This document shows, in pieces, positions 19,888 to 29,591 of a DNA stretch of 64,000 bases. How positions within the stretch are numbered: position 1 is the first letter of the stretch; each line of letters starts with the position of its first letter. This DNA comes from Candidatus Latescibacterota bacterium (GTDB taxonomy: Bacteria > Krumholzibacteriota > Krumholzibacteriia > WVZY01). Where the stretch lies: NCBI GenBank assembly GCA_963791045.1, contig CAWBQK010000015.1:192001-256000 (forward strand), read 5' to 3'. The position numbers and the translations under genes are program-made. The notes beneath the pieces were generated by a model, which saw only the letters and a program-made list of their open reading frames with translations, had not been told where the DNA came from and ran no database searches.

Positions 19888-21996
19888 CTACTTGTTCTCG
19901 ATCATCCGCAATTGTTTCAACACACTTGAGTTGTCCGGCTGGCTCTCGAGACACTTCCGCCAGTGCTTGCGTGCCCTGCCGTAGTCTCCGGTCTGATAAT
20001 ACGCCCCCGCGATGTTGTTGTTGAGAACAAAGTGCCCGGGGCTATATTTGAGGCCCTTCTTGAAGTAACCGATCGCCGTCTTGAAATCCCGCTTCTCGTA
20101 GTGGACCGCGCCGAGCTGGCTGTAAGCCCCGGGATGGTGCGGGTCCTGCTCGAGCACTTTGTTGTACTGCGCCTCGGCTGCGGCGCTCATTCGTCTCGTT
20201 GTGAGTTCGAGGGCCGTCTCGAATGGTGTTTTTGGAATCGCCTTCGCGGTGACTCTGTCCCCGCCATCGGCAAGGACCACGCGTGATTCTGAGAGCGCCT
20301 TCGCCGCGTACGCGTGCCCCGGCTTGAGCGCGACGGCCGCCTCGAGTTCTGTGACCGCCCCCGAGAAATATCCGATGCGTTGGTACGCCACTCCGAGATT
20401 GTAATGGGCGTCGACCGAGAGCGGGCGGATCTCGAGCGCCTTCTTGTATTCGATGATCGCCTTTGTAATGTGATCGGCGGCATGTTCGGGTTCGCGTGTA
20501 GCAAGTTCGGAATACGCCGTCCCCATAACCGTGTGGCTGAATCCAAAATCATAGTCGACAATAAACCAGCCAACGACTATCGCCGCCGCCGCCGCCGTTC
20601 CCAGTGCCGCTGCCAGCCAGCGGTATGACCGTCTTCTTATTAGGTCGTAAAGATAGAACACGCCGAGGGCGGCGAAAACGATCAAGAACGGAACGACGGG
20701 CAGACGGTAACGCGCCGTGACAAAAAACGGCATGAGCGAGGCCATGTACACCAGGACAAACGTGATGTAGAGCCGTCTCGCGCGTGATGGACCGCCAAAT
20801 GTCAACAACAGCAAGAAGCCGGCGATTGCGAGCGGCGTCACCAACCAGAACCCGACGCCGAGATACGCGAGAAAAGGCGTGTAGTTGATTTCAACGAAGT
20901 ACTTGTTGTGATGGTTGGGGATTTCATAGTGATTCCAGAAGAGGAGGAATTTGCGACCAACAAGTGCGAGGGCTTTCACAGGTTCGCTCTTTACGAAATC
21001 AACTCCCCGCCCCATCCAGTAACGCGACACGCGAGACGGTTTGATGTCCTCCCGGCCGGTCGCCGCCCTGGCCGTTTCGCGCGAGCTGACGTAGAGGCGC
21101 GCGTTGTCGAGGCCCGACGAGGGCGGCAGCAAAAATATCCCGGTGGCATCGGGGTTATTCCCGATATAAAAGTTCACCCCGGCATTGCTCGAAACGAGGA
21201 CAAGGTCTTTTGAGACGATGTAGTTTCTTATCGTTATCGGCGCCACGGCGATCATGGCCCCAACGGCGAACAGCAGACCCGCGCGCCACCGCGCCGCGTC
21301 GAATCGCTTGTGGAGACCTGTAAATATCCAGAGGAGGCCGAACGGCGCGAACATGAGCACATTGGGTTTTCCCAGCCCGGCAAGGCCGAGGCTCACACCG
21401 GCGACAAAAAAGAGTCCCAGGGCGGTCGTGCCGCCGCCGGGCTGGCCGTCGGCCGATTTGCCGCCCACCGAGGCGGTTTTTGATTTCAAACGGTCGTCCG
21501 CCGAAACGAGCATGAGGAGCGACAAGTTTGTGAAGAAGAGAACAAGCGGGATCATTAAGAGATCGGCGTCGAAGAAAACAAATGTCCCGTATAAAGCGGC
21601 GAAGAGTCCGGCGAGAACCGGCGGCCCACGGCGCTTGCCGGCGAGTTTTCGTGTGAGTTGAAAAATAAGGACGCAGTTCAGGCTTCCGATAAGAATCTGG
21701 ATAAGACGGACGACGAAAAGGTTAAAACCGAAAATCTTGAAGATTCCCGCAAGAAAATACGGATAAAATGGACTGCTGTGGAAATAGGCGTCGCGCCCGA
21801 CGATGTCACCGGCGGCAATTTCCATCGCCCGCTCGCAGTAGATCTTTGAATCGCCGATGGGGTGGTTGAAAAACGGTGCCGTTCGGAGCTCCGACACGTA
21901 GATGAGCCGCACAACAAACGCGAGGGCGAACAGGCACACCAGCAGGTGCCAATCCCGGACAAGGGTGGGTTTTGAAGACCGTTTTGCCGCGCTCAT
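19888..21996 (-). CDS. GT-C (PMT_2/ArnT-like) glycosyltransferase with C-terminal TPRs
   Basis: Multiple TM helices, GDS..Y, PFYPYFLA, GVNFYIGNN, ARYRLP; TPR tail. Confidence 0.82.
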   Translation of the reverse strand: MSAAKRSSKPTLVRDWHLLVCLFALAFVVRLIYVSELRTAPFFNHPIGDSKIYCERAMEIAAGDIVGRDAYFHSSPFYPYFLAGIFKIFGFNLFVVRLIQILIGSLNCVLIFQLTRKLAGKRRGPPVLAGLFAALYGTFVFFDADLLMIPLVLFFTNLSLLMLVSADDRLKSKTASVGGKSADGQPGGGTTALGLFFVAGVSLGLAGLGKPNVLMFAPFGLLWIFTGLHKRFDAARWRAGLLFAVGAMIAVAPITIRNYIVSKDLVLVSSNAGVNFYIGNNPDATGIFLLPPSSGLDNARLYVSSRETARAATGREDIKPSRVSRYWMGRGVDFVKSEPVKALALVGRKFLLFWNHYEIPNHHNKYFVEINYTPFLAYLGVGFWLVTPLAIAGFLLLLTFGGPSRARRLYITFVLVYMASLMPFFVTARYRLPVVPFLIVFAALGVFYLYDLIRRRSYRWLAAALGTAAAAAIVVGWFIVDYDFGFSHTVMGTAYSELATREPEHAADHITKAIIEYKKALEIRPLSVDAHYNLGVAYQRIGYFSGAVTELEAAVALKPGHAYAAKALSESRVVLADGGDRVTAKAIPKTPFETALELTTRRMSAAAEAQYNKVLEQDPHHPGAYSQLGAVHYEKRDFKTAIGYFKKGLKYSPGHFVLNNNIAGAYYQTGDYGRARKHWRKCLESQPDNSSVLKQLRMIENK

Positions 21997-22103
21997 GACG
22001 TCGATCATAACGCACCTGATCACGAACGCTGAGCAATTCTTGCGCGCTCGATGGTTCGTTGTCACGACCAACCACTATTTATTGACTTTTGTCATGTTTT
22101 GCG

Positions 22104-22132
22104 TTGACAAATATCAGGGTTTATCCTACAAT
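22104..22132 (+). promoter_or_regulatory. Near-consensus sigma70 promoter
   Basis: TTGACA-N17-TACAAT. Confidence 0.7.
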
Positions 22133-22473
22133 TCCTATGTAGCAAATCCCCTCCTGTGCAAGCGACCGCAGCATAGCCTGAGGATTCGACCTCCAATCCG
22201 ACTCAGGCGACCTGCAGGGTGAGGGGCTTCTGACCAACCCTTGTCAGCCGCGAGACACGGTCATTAGTCCCTCCCCTGCGCCTCCCTTCTCCCGCAATAA
22301 TTTCCGTTCACTTCCGTAACGTCGCGATCAATGGTACCCATTGATAAAACTCGACTTGGCCGCATTTCTGCGATATCCTTCACTATTCACTTACTCAAAA
22401 CAGGATCGATCGCTCGCACGGGTACCCGATCTGGAGCGAACAATCCTTACGGCAATCGAGGAGGCAACATCTA

Positions 22474-24159
22474 ATGGCGAAGCGGAAAGCGAAAGCAAAA
22501 CCAGTCGATACATCCATCCAGTACTCGGTTTCCCCTTCAGGGGAAGAATTCCCGATCCCAAAATCCGATGACTATGCCGCTGAATTCCGGCGCGTCAAAC
22601 GGCTCTCGGACAAGGCCAAAAAAGACGGCAAGGAAGTCGTTGTGGTCATGGGCGTCGGATTCGTCGGGGCCGTCATGGCGGCGATCGTCGCCGACACGGT
22701 CGACGGCAAGGGAAACCCCAGCAAATATGTCATCGGTTGCCAGCGGCCCAGCACACGGAGCTATTGGAAAATCCCGATGCTCAACCGCGGCGAGTCTCCC
22801 GTCAAAGCCGAAGACCCCGAAGTCGATCTCATGATCGACCGCTGTGTGGTCCAGAAAAAATCCCTTATCGCCACCTACAACAGCGATGTGTTGAAGCTCG
22901 CCGATTGTGTGGTGGTCGACGTTCAGTGCGACTACACAAAACACGATGTCGGCGACATGCGCACCGGTGAAGCGGACATGGTGGCGCTCGAGGCGACCAT
23001 GCGCACCATAGGCGAAAAGATTCCACCGAAGTGTCTCGTTCTTATCGAAACCACCGTCGCGCCGGGCACGACCGAGTTTGTCGCCTGGCCGATCTTGAAG
23101 AAAGCATTCGCCGAACGTGGAATCAAATCGACGCCCCTGCTCGCACATTCGTTCGAACGCGTCATGCCCGGCCGTGAGTACGTGTCGAGCATCCGCGACT
23201 TCTGGCGTGTCTGCGCGGGGTGTACGCCCGAGGCACGGCGCCGTGTGGAGAAATTCCTCCACCAGGTGCTCAACACCAAGGACTTCCCTCTCACCGTTAT
23301 GGATCGTCCGATCGAGTCGGAGACGACAAAGATTGTAGAGAACTCGTACCGTGCGACAACGCTGGCGTTCTTGAACGAGTGGAGTCTCTTCTCCGAGCGC
23401 AACGGCGTCGACCTCATCAAAGTGATCAACGCAATCAAGATGCGTCCCACGCACAGCAATATGATTTTCCCCGGCCCCGGAATCGGCGGGTACTGCCTGC
23501 CCAAGGACGGCGGCCTCGGGTACTGGGCGTACAGGCACATCCTCGGATTCGAAGACGGCGACGATATTTTCCGCATCACACCGACGGCGATCGATATCAA
23601 CGATACACGCGGCCTTCATGTTGCGGAACTCGCACGCGACGCGCTCCGCAATATGGGCCGTTATATCGCCGGCGCCGATGTCGTCATTTGCGGCGCGAGT
23701 TATCGCCAGGATGTCGGCGACACGCGTTACAGCGGAAGCGAAATGGTCGTCCGCAAGCTCACCGAGATGGGAGCCGAGATGCGGATCCACGATCCATATG
23801 TCGAACACTGGTACGAGCTCGAATCACAGGACACCTATCCGGCGCCGGGGCTTTCGTGGGCGCGTTTCTTCCGCAACCAGGACGGCCTTGTCGGCGCGCG
23901 GGTCGAGAGCGATCTCAAAAAGACGCTCAAGGGCGCCGAGTGTGTTATCTTTGCCGTCCCGCACGAGCCGTACATGAACATGAACCCCAAGGACATCGTC
24001 AAGTGGGCGGGGAAACCGCTCGCCGTGATCGATTGCTTTGGAATTCTTACCGACGAAGAGATCCAGCACTACTTCGAACTCGGGTGTGAGGTCAAGGCGC
24101 TCGGCCGCGGCCACATCCAGCGGATCAAGGAATCGGTGAGGAAAAAGAAAAACAAGTAG
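22474..24159 (+). CDS. Nucleotide-sugar dehydrogenase (UDP-glucose/GDP-mannose dehydrogenase family)
   Basis: GVGFVG, ETTVAPGTT, ERVMPG, KIVENSYR, GIGGYCLPKD, DTRYS. Confidence 0.9.
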   Translation: MAKRKAKAKPVDTSIQYSVSPSGEEFPIPKSDDYAAEFRRVKRLSDKAKKDGKEVVVVMGVGFVGAVMAAIVADTVDGKGNPSKYVIGCQRPSTRSYWKIPMLNRGESPVKAEDPEVDLMIDRCVVQKKSLIATYNSDVLKLADCVVVDVQCDYTKHDVGDMRTGEADMVALEATMRTIGEKIPPKCLVLIETTVAPGTTEFVAWPILKKAFAERGIKSTPLLAHSFERVMPGREYVSSIRDFWRVCAGCTPEARRRVEKFLHQVLNTKDFPLTVMDRPIESETTKIVENSYRATTLAFLNEWSLFSERNGVDLIKVINAIKMRPTHSNMIFPGPGIGGYCLPKDGGLGYWAYRHILGFEDGDDIFRITPTAIDINDTRGLHVAELARDALRNMGRYIAGADVVICGASYRQDVGDTRYSGSEMVVRKLTEMGAEMRIHDPYVEHWYELESQDTYPAPGLSWARFFRNQDGLVGARVESDLKKTLKGAECVIFAVPHEPYMNMNPKDIVKWAGKPLAVIDCFGILTDEEIQHYFELGCEVKALGRGHIQRIKESVRKKKNK

Positions 24160-24254
24160 GTCGCACGCTCAACAAATGAGCTCGACCGCCGGCACGCTGC
24201 GTTGAGTTCGGCCGCCAGCACCGACTCGCACGTCGGCAGCCACTGTGGATATAG

Positions 24255-24291
24255 AACGGGCCGGAGTTAACATCTCCGGCCCGTTTTTTTT
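24255..24291 (+). terminator. Rho-independent terminator
   Basis: AACGGGCCGGAG-N7-CTCCGGCCCGTT followed by a T-tract. Confidence 0.85.
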
Positions 24292-24303
24292 AGATCTACA
24301 ATT

Positions 24304-24500
24304 CAAGGTGTTGGCCGATGCGGGGACGGGTCAAGTCAGGAACACCTTGTCACAAACAACAAAACACCAGGCATCGTTGCGACAAGCAAAACACGAGGCC
24401 CCGGCACGACAACCACAACACACGGTCTCGCTTCGAACTCCAAAAACACAACTGGCCCCGCAATGTTTAAACACTTCACGACCCCGGTGTTTTTTTGTTT
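24304..24500. repeat. Degenerate ~27-bp periodic array bracketed by inverted repeats
   Basis: AACAC cores at 24363, 24390, 24417, 24445, 24470; IRs 24304-24312/24341-24349 and 24354-24368/24486-24500. Confidence 0.45.
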
Positions 24501-24571
24501 TTTTCGCCTCGACGGGTTTTTGAACGCGTCGTTTCTGATTTCGCGAATGCAATGCGTTTCTGGACTTTACA

Positions 24572-24670
24572 CGCGATTGGGTGGCAGCCCTCAATCACTT
24601 TACGATGGTGTTTGAGGGAAGGATCCCGGAGTAGGAAATGAGTCGTTTACACAAAAAACTGGACAGTCTT
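24572..24670 (+). mobile_element. IS256-family remnant (transposase C-terminus plus right IR)
   Basis: Translates RDWVAALNHFTMVFEGRIPE*, like IS256 transposase ends, followed by GTTTACACAAAAAACTGGACAGTCT. Confidence 0.7.
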
Positions 24671-24727
24671 TCTCATTGTGCTTGACGACACACATTGAAT
24701 ACTGCCAATTGGCCTGCGTGACCAGTT

Positions 24728-26896
24728 TCACTTCAAAAGCACCATCTTCTTCTTGAGCGTTTGCTTACCCGCGGTCAGCCGGTAGAAGTAGATGCCAGTG
24801 CCTACTTGATTGCCACGGGCGTCCTTCCCATCCCACGTGACTTCCCTGGTGCCAGCGTCGAGCGGCTCGTCTATCAGCGTTGTCACCAACTTGCCTTCGA
24901 TGTTGTACACGGACAGATTCGCTTTCTCCCGCTTCGGCAGCACAAACGATATCGTGGTCGAAGGGTTGAACGGATTTGGATGGTTCTGGTACAAACTCAA
25001 CACATTGAGTTTGGTGTGAACCGTCACTTGCTGGGATATAATTTCAGAACCGTCTTCGAGGCTAACGCTCAGGCGATAGTAATAGTTCGTGCCACCGATT
25101 ACGTCGTTGTGGACGTATGTATTGACGTGCGCAGGAATCAGTCCTTCCATATTGACCAGTTCACCGTACGATTCTTTATCGGCACTGGCGTAGACATTGA
25201 ATCCCTTGACCGCTTCATCCGATAACACCTCCCACGACAGCCCCACTCCCCCATCAAGAGTTTGTGCCACGAAATCGTGTATGAATACCGGCACCGGCGG
25301 CTCAAACGTGCACACGGTCGTGCAAGAATCCAGCCAGGCAGAATCGGGTCCGCTACTCTCATATTCAATAACAGCCTGAAAATTGTCGACCCACACACCA
25401 TTGCCGAATTCCTGCAACCTGAAAAAAGCCTCGGGCTCATCCGTCGGCAAATCAAAGGTATAGGTCCCGCCGGCATCGGAGTTGTCGCCAACCTGTGTAA
25501 AGTTGACCCCATCAGAAGAGACAAATTTGCGCAGGTTATTGGAATCACCCGCAAATCCGACGACGTCAAAGGAAAGGACCCCAGAAGCAATTACGCCCCC
25601 GGGAAAGAAACGAAATGAGACGAACGTTCCACCTCCGCAGGCGAAATCCAGGATCGCCCAGTCATTGTTGGGCGGAAACCCGCCTCCGATGCCTCCATGG
25701 CCAACCTCTCGATCTCTTATCGTGAGTCGCCTTGGCGATACACAATAATCGTTGATCAGTGAGAAAGGCGAACTCAAGCTTGCGTCGACCATATCGGGAA
25801 CACTTCGACCCGCGACGAAGTCATCCTCGAAGCCTTCGAAATAGGTGACCGTGTCGAACGACATCTGCTCTCCAACTTCGAAGACATGGTACGTTATCCT
25901 CTGCTGCGCGAATTCCCTCAGTTTTGGAATAACTAAACCTGCTTCGGGCGGGTAATACGTGTGGCCGGGATCCAACAGCGGGGTCCTACCCGAAAGTGCG
26001 GCGGAATCGCCTTTGTCCACCAGCGTGGCCGGACCCTCCGCTGTCACGTAATAGTCGAATGCCGTCGGATGTTCGGCCTGGTTAGTGATACGAAATCCTA
26101 CCAGGGATAGAGACGGGATGGTTGAATAGCCGGAAATAGACATGTCATCCGGACACGTCATCGAGAACGGGGGACCCACCACCGTCAATGTTTGCGCACA
26201 TCCCGATATCCCCGTTTCCCATACTGGCGCATCGCATGTGATGTGCCAGTCGTCGCCGACATCCAGCCAGATCGGATAGGACCCCGGCGCTTCGAATGTC
26301 CGATCCTCGATTGGGTCCGAACCCCAGGGACCGGGATCAAAGCTGTAGTGGTAGTAATGGATGCTCCCGTCCAGGTCGTACGATGCCGAGGCGTCAAAAC
26401 GGACCGACTCGCCCACGACAACCGGATTCGGAGTGATGGTGAAAGAACAAACGGGCGGCTCGTTGCCCACGACGTAGACGGTGAATTCCCCGGTGCACTG
26501 GCCATAACATACGACCGAAGGACCGGGAGCGAAATACGCCTCATATCTTATCTCATATGAGCCCGTGTACAAACCCGGTTCGTTATAGTAGTGATAAAAA
26601 CTGCCGTAGCAGTCCCCGTTCGAGGAGCTGTTGCCATCACCAAAACTGACCATAACGTAATGACAATACCAGTCTGCCCAATCACTGCCGGGTGAAAAGC
26701 GGACATCAAACCGGAAATTGTCGCATGTGTAGTTGCCCTCCACCGGATCGACACTGGCTGATGGGTGATCGAGGGGATTTTGATCGCAATTGCCTGGAGA
26801 AAACCACTCGCAATTTTGCGCCCCCGCGCCGGACGCGACACAAATGATCGCGGTCACCAACAATGCCGTTCGCGTGAGATTTAACACAAGATTCAT
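24728..26896 (-). CDS. Secreted PKD-domain protein with FlgD-Ig/T9SS-type C-terminal domain
   Basis: Signal peptide; SFGDG..HYYNEPGLY and NEPPVCSF..FDASASYDLDG PKD motifs; QNHPNPFNPSTTI...WDG...GIYFYRL...KKMVLLK. Confidence 0.85.
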   Translation of the reverse strand: MNLVLNLTRTALLVTAIICVASGAGAQNCEWFSPGNCDQNPLDHPSASVDPVEGNYTCDNFRFDVRFSPGSDWADWYCHYVMVSFGDGNSSSNGDCYGSFYHYYNEPGLYTGSYEIRYEAYFAPGPSVVCYGQCTGEFTVYVVGNEPPVCSFTITPNPVVVGESVRFDASASYDLDGSIHYYHYSFDPGPWGSDPIEDRTFEAPGSYPIWLDVGDDWHITCDAPVWETGISGCAQTLTVVGPPFSMTCPDDMSISGYSTIPSLSLVGFRITNQAEHPTAFDYYVTAEGPATLVDKGDSAALSGRTPLLDPGHTYYPPEAGLVIPKLREFAQQRITYHVFEVGEQMSFDTVTYFEGFEDDFVAGRSVPDMVDASLSSPFSLINDYCVSPRRLTIRDREVGHGGIGGGFPPNNDWAILDFACGGGTFVSFRFFPGGVIASGVLSFDVVGFAGDSNNLRKFVSSDGVNFTQVGDNSDAGGTYTFDLPTDEPEAFFRLQEFGNGVWVDNFQAVIEYESSGPDSAWLDSCTTVCTFEPPVPVFIHDFVAQTLDGGVGLSWEVLSDEAVKGFNVYASADKESYGELVNMEGLIPAHVNTYVHNDVIGGTNYYYRLSVSLEDGSEIISQQVTVHTKLNVLSLYQNHPNPFNPSTTISFVLPKREKANLSVYNIEGKLVTTLIDEPLDAGTREVTWDGKDARGNQVGTGIYFYRLTAGKQTLKKKMVLLK

Positions 26897-27315
26897 TTTG
26901 AATACCCCCTCAAGAACGGGAAATCAACAGGCTACGTTTGCCCTACCCTTCAACCAGCCATGTCCGCATTTGCAGCATGGAATTTGTCTCAATGTGTGGT
27001 TTTCATGGTAGCCCAAACCCATGCCGTAACGTGAGGGAGCAAAGGAGGACAGGGGGGGTGTGTTGTCTCAAGGGCGATGTCGTCAGCGTTTGCGTCAGTG
27101 ACTCTTTGGCCCCTCATTAGCGTCTCCGCTGGATCCATCCATAGGCGCGCCTAACTTTAGCACGAGCTTGTGAGAGGGACAACGGTAAAATCACCGTTCA
27201 CTGAATAACAAATGACATGGAACGCCTGACTACCTATAACCTGCCCCACAGCCAAATCCAAAAGGGGGATGATCGCCGAAGAAACACCCATGCCTGCGCA
27301 CCACCCCATTGCGAC

Positions 27316-27426
27316 ATACTGGCGATCTTTAAGTGTAAGATAACTGTAAGATGGGGGTTTTGAGGGGATGATGCGAATGCCGTAAGTCGTTGTAGAATTT
27401 GGAGCTGGTGAGCGGAATCAAACCGC
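27316..27426 (-). repeat. att-like element, copy 1 (degenerate tRNA 3' end plus arm)
   Basis: Direct-repeat homolog of 32800-32910; TGTAAGAT x2 at 11-bp spacing; tRNA T-arm/acceptor/CCA on the minus strand at 27400-27426. Confidence 0.75.
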
Positions 27427-27532
27427 GCCCGCAAAATTTGAGACTGCTTGCTCTGCGATGGGTTGGTGGTATATGCTTTCTTTGTTGGGGGGTCCGTTAA
27501 CCGACGCCATGGTTTCTGAAGGGGGGCTTCTT

Positions 27533-28036
27533 ATGAAATTCATGACGATAACGGTTCTTTTGCTGCCACTCTTGTACTCTCAGTCTTTTTCTCAGGCCTG
27601 CACCAACTCTCTGACGCTGGAATGCCCGCCGGCAAACAACGGTGAAGGCGTGTGGGTTCCTGTTCGAGTGACAAACTGCAGCTCAACGATCGATTCGCTG
27701 GAGTTCGATGTCTACTTCTTCGATCTGGATGTGCAGTTCTATACTGTCGATAAAGCGGGTACGTTACTGGAGGATTGGACCTCGGTCGTGGGAAGCGTTA
27801 TCTGGCCGGGCGGCGCCAGAATAACGGCCTTCGATGCGGGGGGTGGATTCGGGCCGGTTGAGGATGAGCTGCTCATCACGCTCTATTTTGAAGTCGTTAC
27901 GACATCGACCAAGCACTCTTCAATTAGATTGACCAGTCTGCGCGGCGACATCATAGGGTTTGAGATTCAGGATTGTATGATGTCTGTGCCGAACAAACAG
28001 AGTACCTGGGGCCACGTCAAGTCGTTCTATGAGTGA
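27533..28036 (+). CDS. Secreted cohesin-like protein with TWGxxKxxY tail
   Basis: Signal peptide; VPVRV..DSLEFDVYF beta-rich pattern; ends VPNKQSTWGHVKSFYE. Confidence 0.7.
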   Translation: MKFMTITVLLLPLLYSQSFSQACTNSLTLECPPANNGEGVWVPVRVTNCSSTIDSLEFDVYFFDLDVQFYTVDKAGTLLEDWTSVVGSVIWPGGARITAFDAGGGFGPVEDELLITLYFEVVTTSTKHSSIRLTSLRGDIIGFEIQDCMMSVPNKQSTWGHVKSFYE

Positions 28037-28256
28037 TTGCATCATCATCCAGGCCTCGTCAATTGTTACAATGCGTTACAATCCTACCGAGTCGAACCGC
28101 TGCCCTGCCGATTACTATTTGACTTGATGCCGAGTTCCTAGACCATATGGAACCGGCTGGACTCCGGAATTCGTCGTGGATTAGTTTAGGAATGTAAAAC
28201 GTTCCAACTAGAGCCACATGAGTGTTCGCAGCACTCAAAGCAAAAGGAGCCCAGCC

Positions 28257-29354
28257 ATGAGTGAGTATATCTGGATTGGTCTAGACGTGCACGTCGAATC
28301 TATCACAGCTGCTATCCTCGAAGGTGACCAGGAGAAGCCTGACGTAGTTAAGATGTCAGGCGACCTCATGAAGGTCCGGCGTCTTTTTCGGCGGATGGCC
28401 AAGAGGGGGCCCATCCGGGCGTGTTACGAGGCATCGGGAGCCGGGTTTGTTCTGCATCGAGTTCTCAAGCGCGATGGCTTCCACTGCGAGGTTATCGCGC
28501 CGTCACTGATCCCCAGAAAACCCGGGGACAAGAGGAAGACCGATCGGATCGATGCGATGATGCTTGCGAAACTGTATCGGAGTGGCCACTTGACGCCTGT
28601 CCACGTTCCCACCGAAGACCAGGAAGCGATTCGCCGACTCATCCGTCTCCGGTATGCCTATCAAGAACAATGCAAGTCAACCAAACGTCGGATCTCCGGG
28701 ACCTTGCTCTCACACGGCCTGGTCTTTCGGGGAACCAAATCGAAGTGGACGAAGAAACACGTCGCGTGGCTTGAGAAACAGCGGCGAGAACTTACAGGGC
28801 CTGTGCACACGGCGTTAGTCACCGAGCTCGAGCATCTAGAGTATATGCAAACTCAACGTAATGCGCTCGACGGTGATATCGAACGGTATGCCCAAAGTCC
28901 ACCTTATCGAGGGGGCGTTGAGGCTCTTTGTTGTCTGCGGGGAGTTAAGACACTCACTGCCATGACACTCCTTTCAGAAATCGACGATATCCGCCGGTTC
29001 CGTTCACCAAGGGCACTTATGGCGTACCTCGGTCTCGTACCAAAAGAGAAATCCTCCGGGGAGAGAGAGCGAAGGGGATCGATTACAAAAGCTGGAAATA
29101 GTCACGCCAGAAGGGTACTTGTCGAAGCGGCTTGGAACAATCGCCATAGCGCCAGCGCTGATCTCGTCCTGCGCAGGCGACGTCAGGGGCAGCCCCCCGA
29201 AGTGGTTGCTATTGCGATGAAAGCGCAGCACAGGTTGTCACGTAAGTTCTATAGACTCCAGCAAAAGAAACACCCCAACGTCGCCGTGGTCGCCGTCGCC
29301 AGAGAACTATGCGGCTTCGTGTGGGCCATTATGAAAGCAGCGCCTCAGTACTGA
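28257..29354 (+). CDS. IS110-family DEDD transposase/recombinase
   Basis: IGLDVH, CYEAS, KTDRIDA, GV..LTA, YLGLVP..KSSG...GSITKAGN, VAVAREL. Confidence 0.95.
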   Translation: MSEYIWIGLDVHVESITAAILEGDQEKPDVVKMSGDLMKVRRLFRRMAKRGPIRACYEASGAGFVLHRVLKRDGFHCEVIAPSLIPRKPGDKRKTDRIDAMMLAKLYRSGHLTPVHVPTEDQEAIRRLIRLRYAYQEQCKSTKRRISGTLLSHGLVFRGTKSKWTKKHVAWLEKQRRELTGPVHTALVTELEHLEYMQTQRNALDGDIERYAQSPPYRGGVEALCCLRGVKTLTAMTLLSEIDDIRRFRSPRALMAYLGLVPKEKSSGERERRGSITKAGNSHARRVLVEAAWNNRHSASADLVLRRRRQGQPPEVVAIAMKAQHRLSRKFYRLQQKKHPNVAVVAVARELCGFVWAIMKAAPQY

Positions 29355-29379
29355 ACTGAGACGCTGCTTTGAGGAAACC

Positions 29380-29559
29380 TCGAGAGGAGAGCTGCGGTAG
29401 GAGAATCCTCGTTTCAAGTATGTGGTACGGGTCGTAGACCCTAACCCGCGTTCTCTAGACAGAGGCGGCTCCGGACGAACCACTGGGAATGCGGCACGCT
29501 GTTCACAGCCAACCCGCGGATATCAGTCTGATGATCGTCGGTAATCGCTCTCCTCTCGA
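29380..29559 (+). ncRNA. Putative bridge/seek RNA of the IS
   Basis: 180 nt closed by a perfect 13-bp stem TCGAGAGGAGAGC/GCTCTCCTCTCGA; two stem-loops with internal loops matching target and donor junction. Confidence 0.7.
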
Positions 29560-29591
29560 ACAAAACATACTTGACGCCAGCCGGTTCCATA

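Noticed and set aside
24220-24252. Possible third copy of the GTCGGC..GTGGAT repeat core
   Set aside because: The stem is broken and the match is too short
24341-24480. CRISPR array
   Set aside because: The conserved part is only about 5-8 bp, the period is too short, and no cas genes are present
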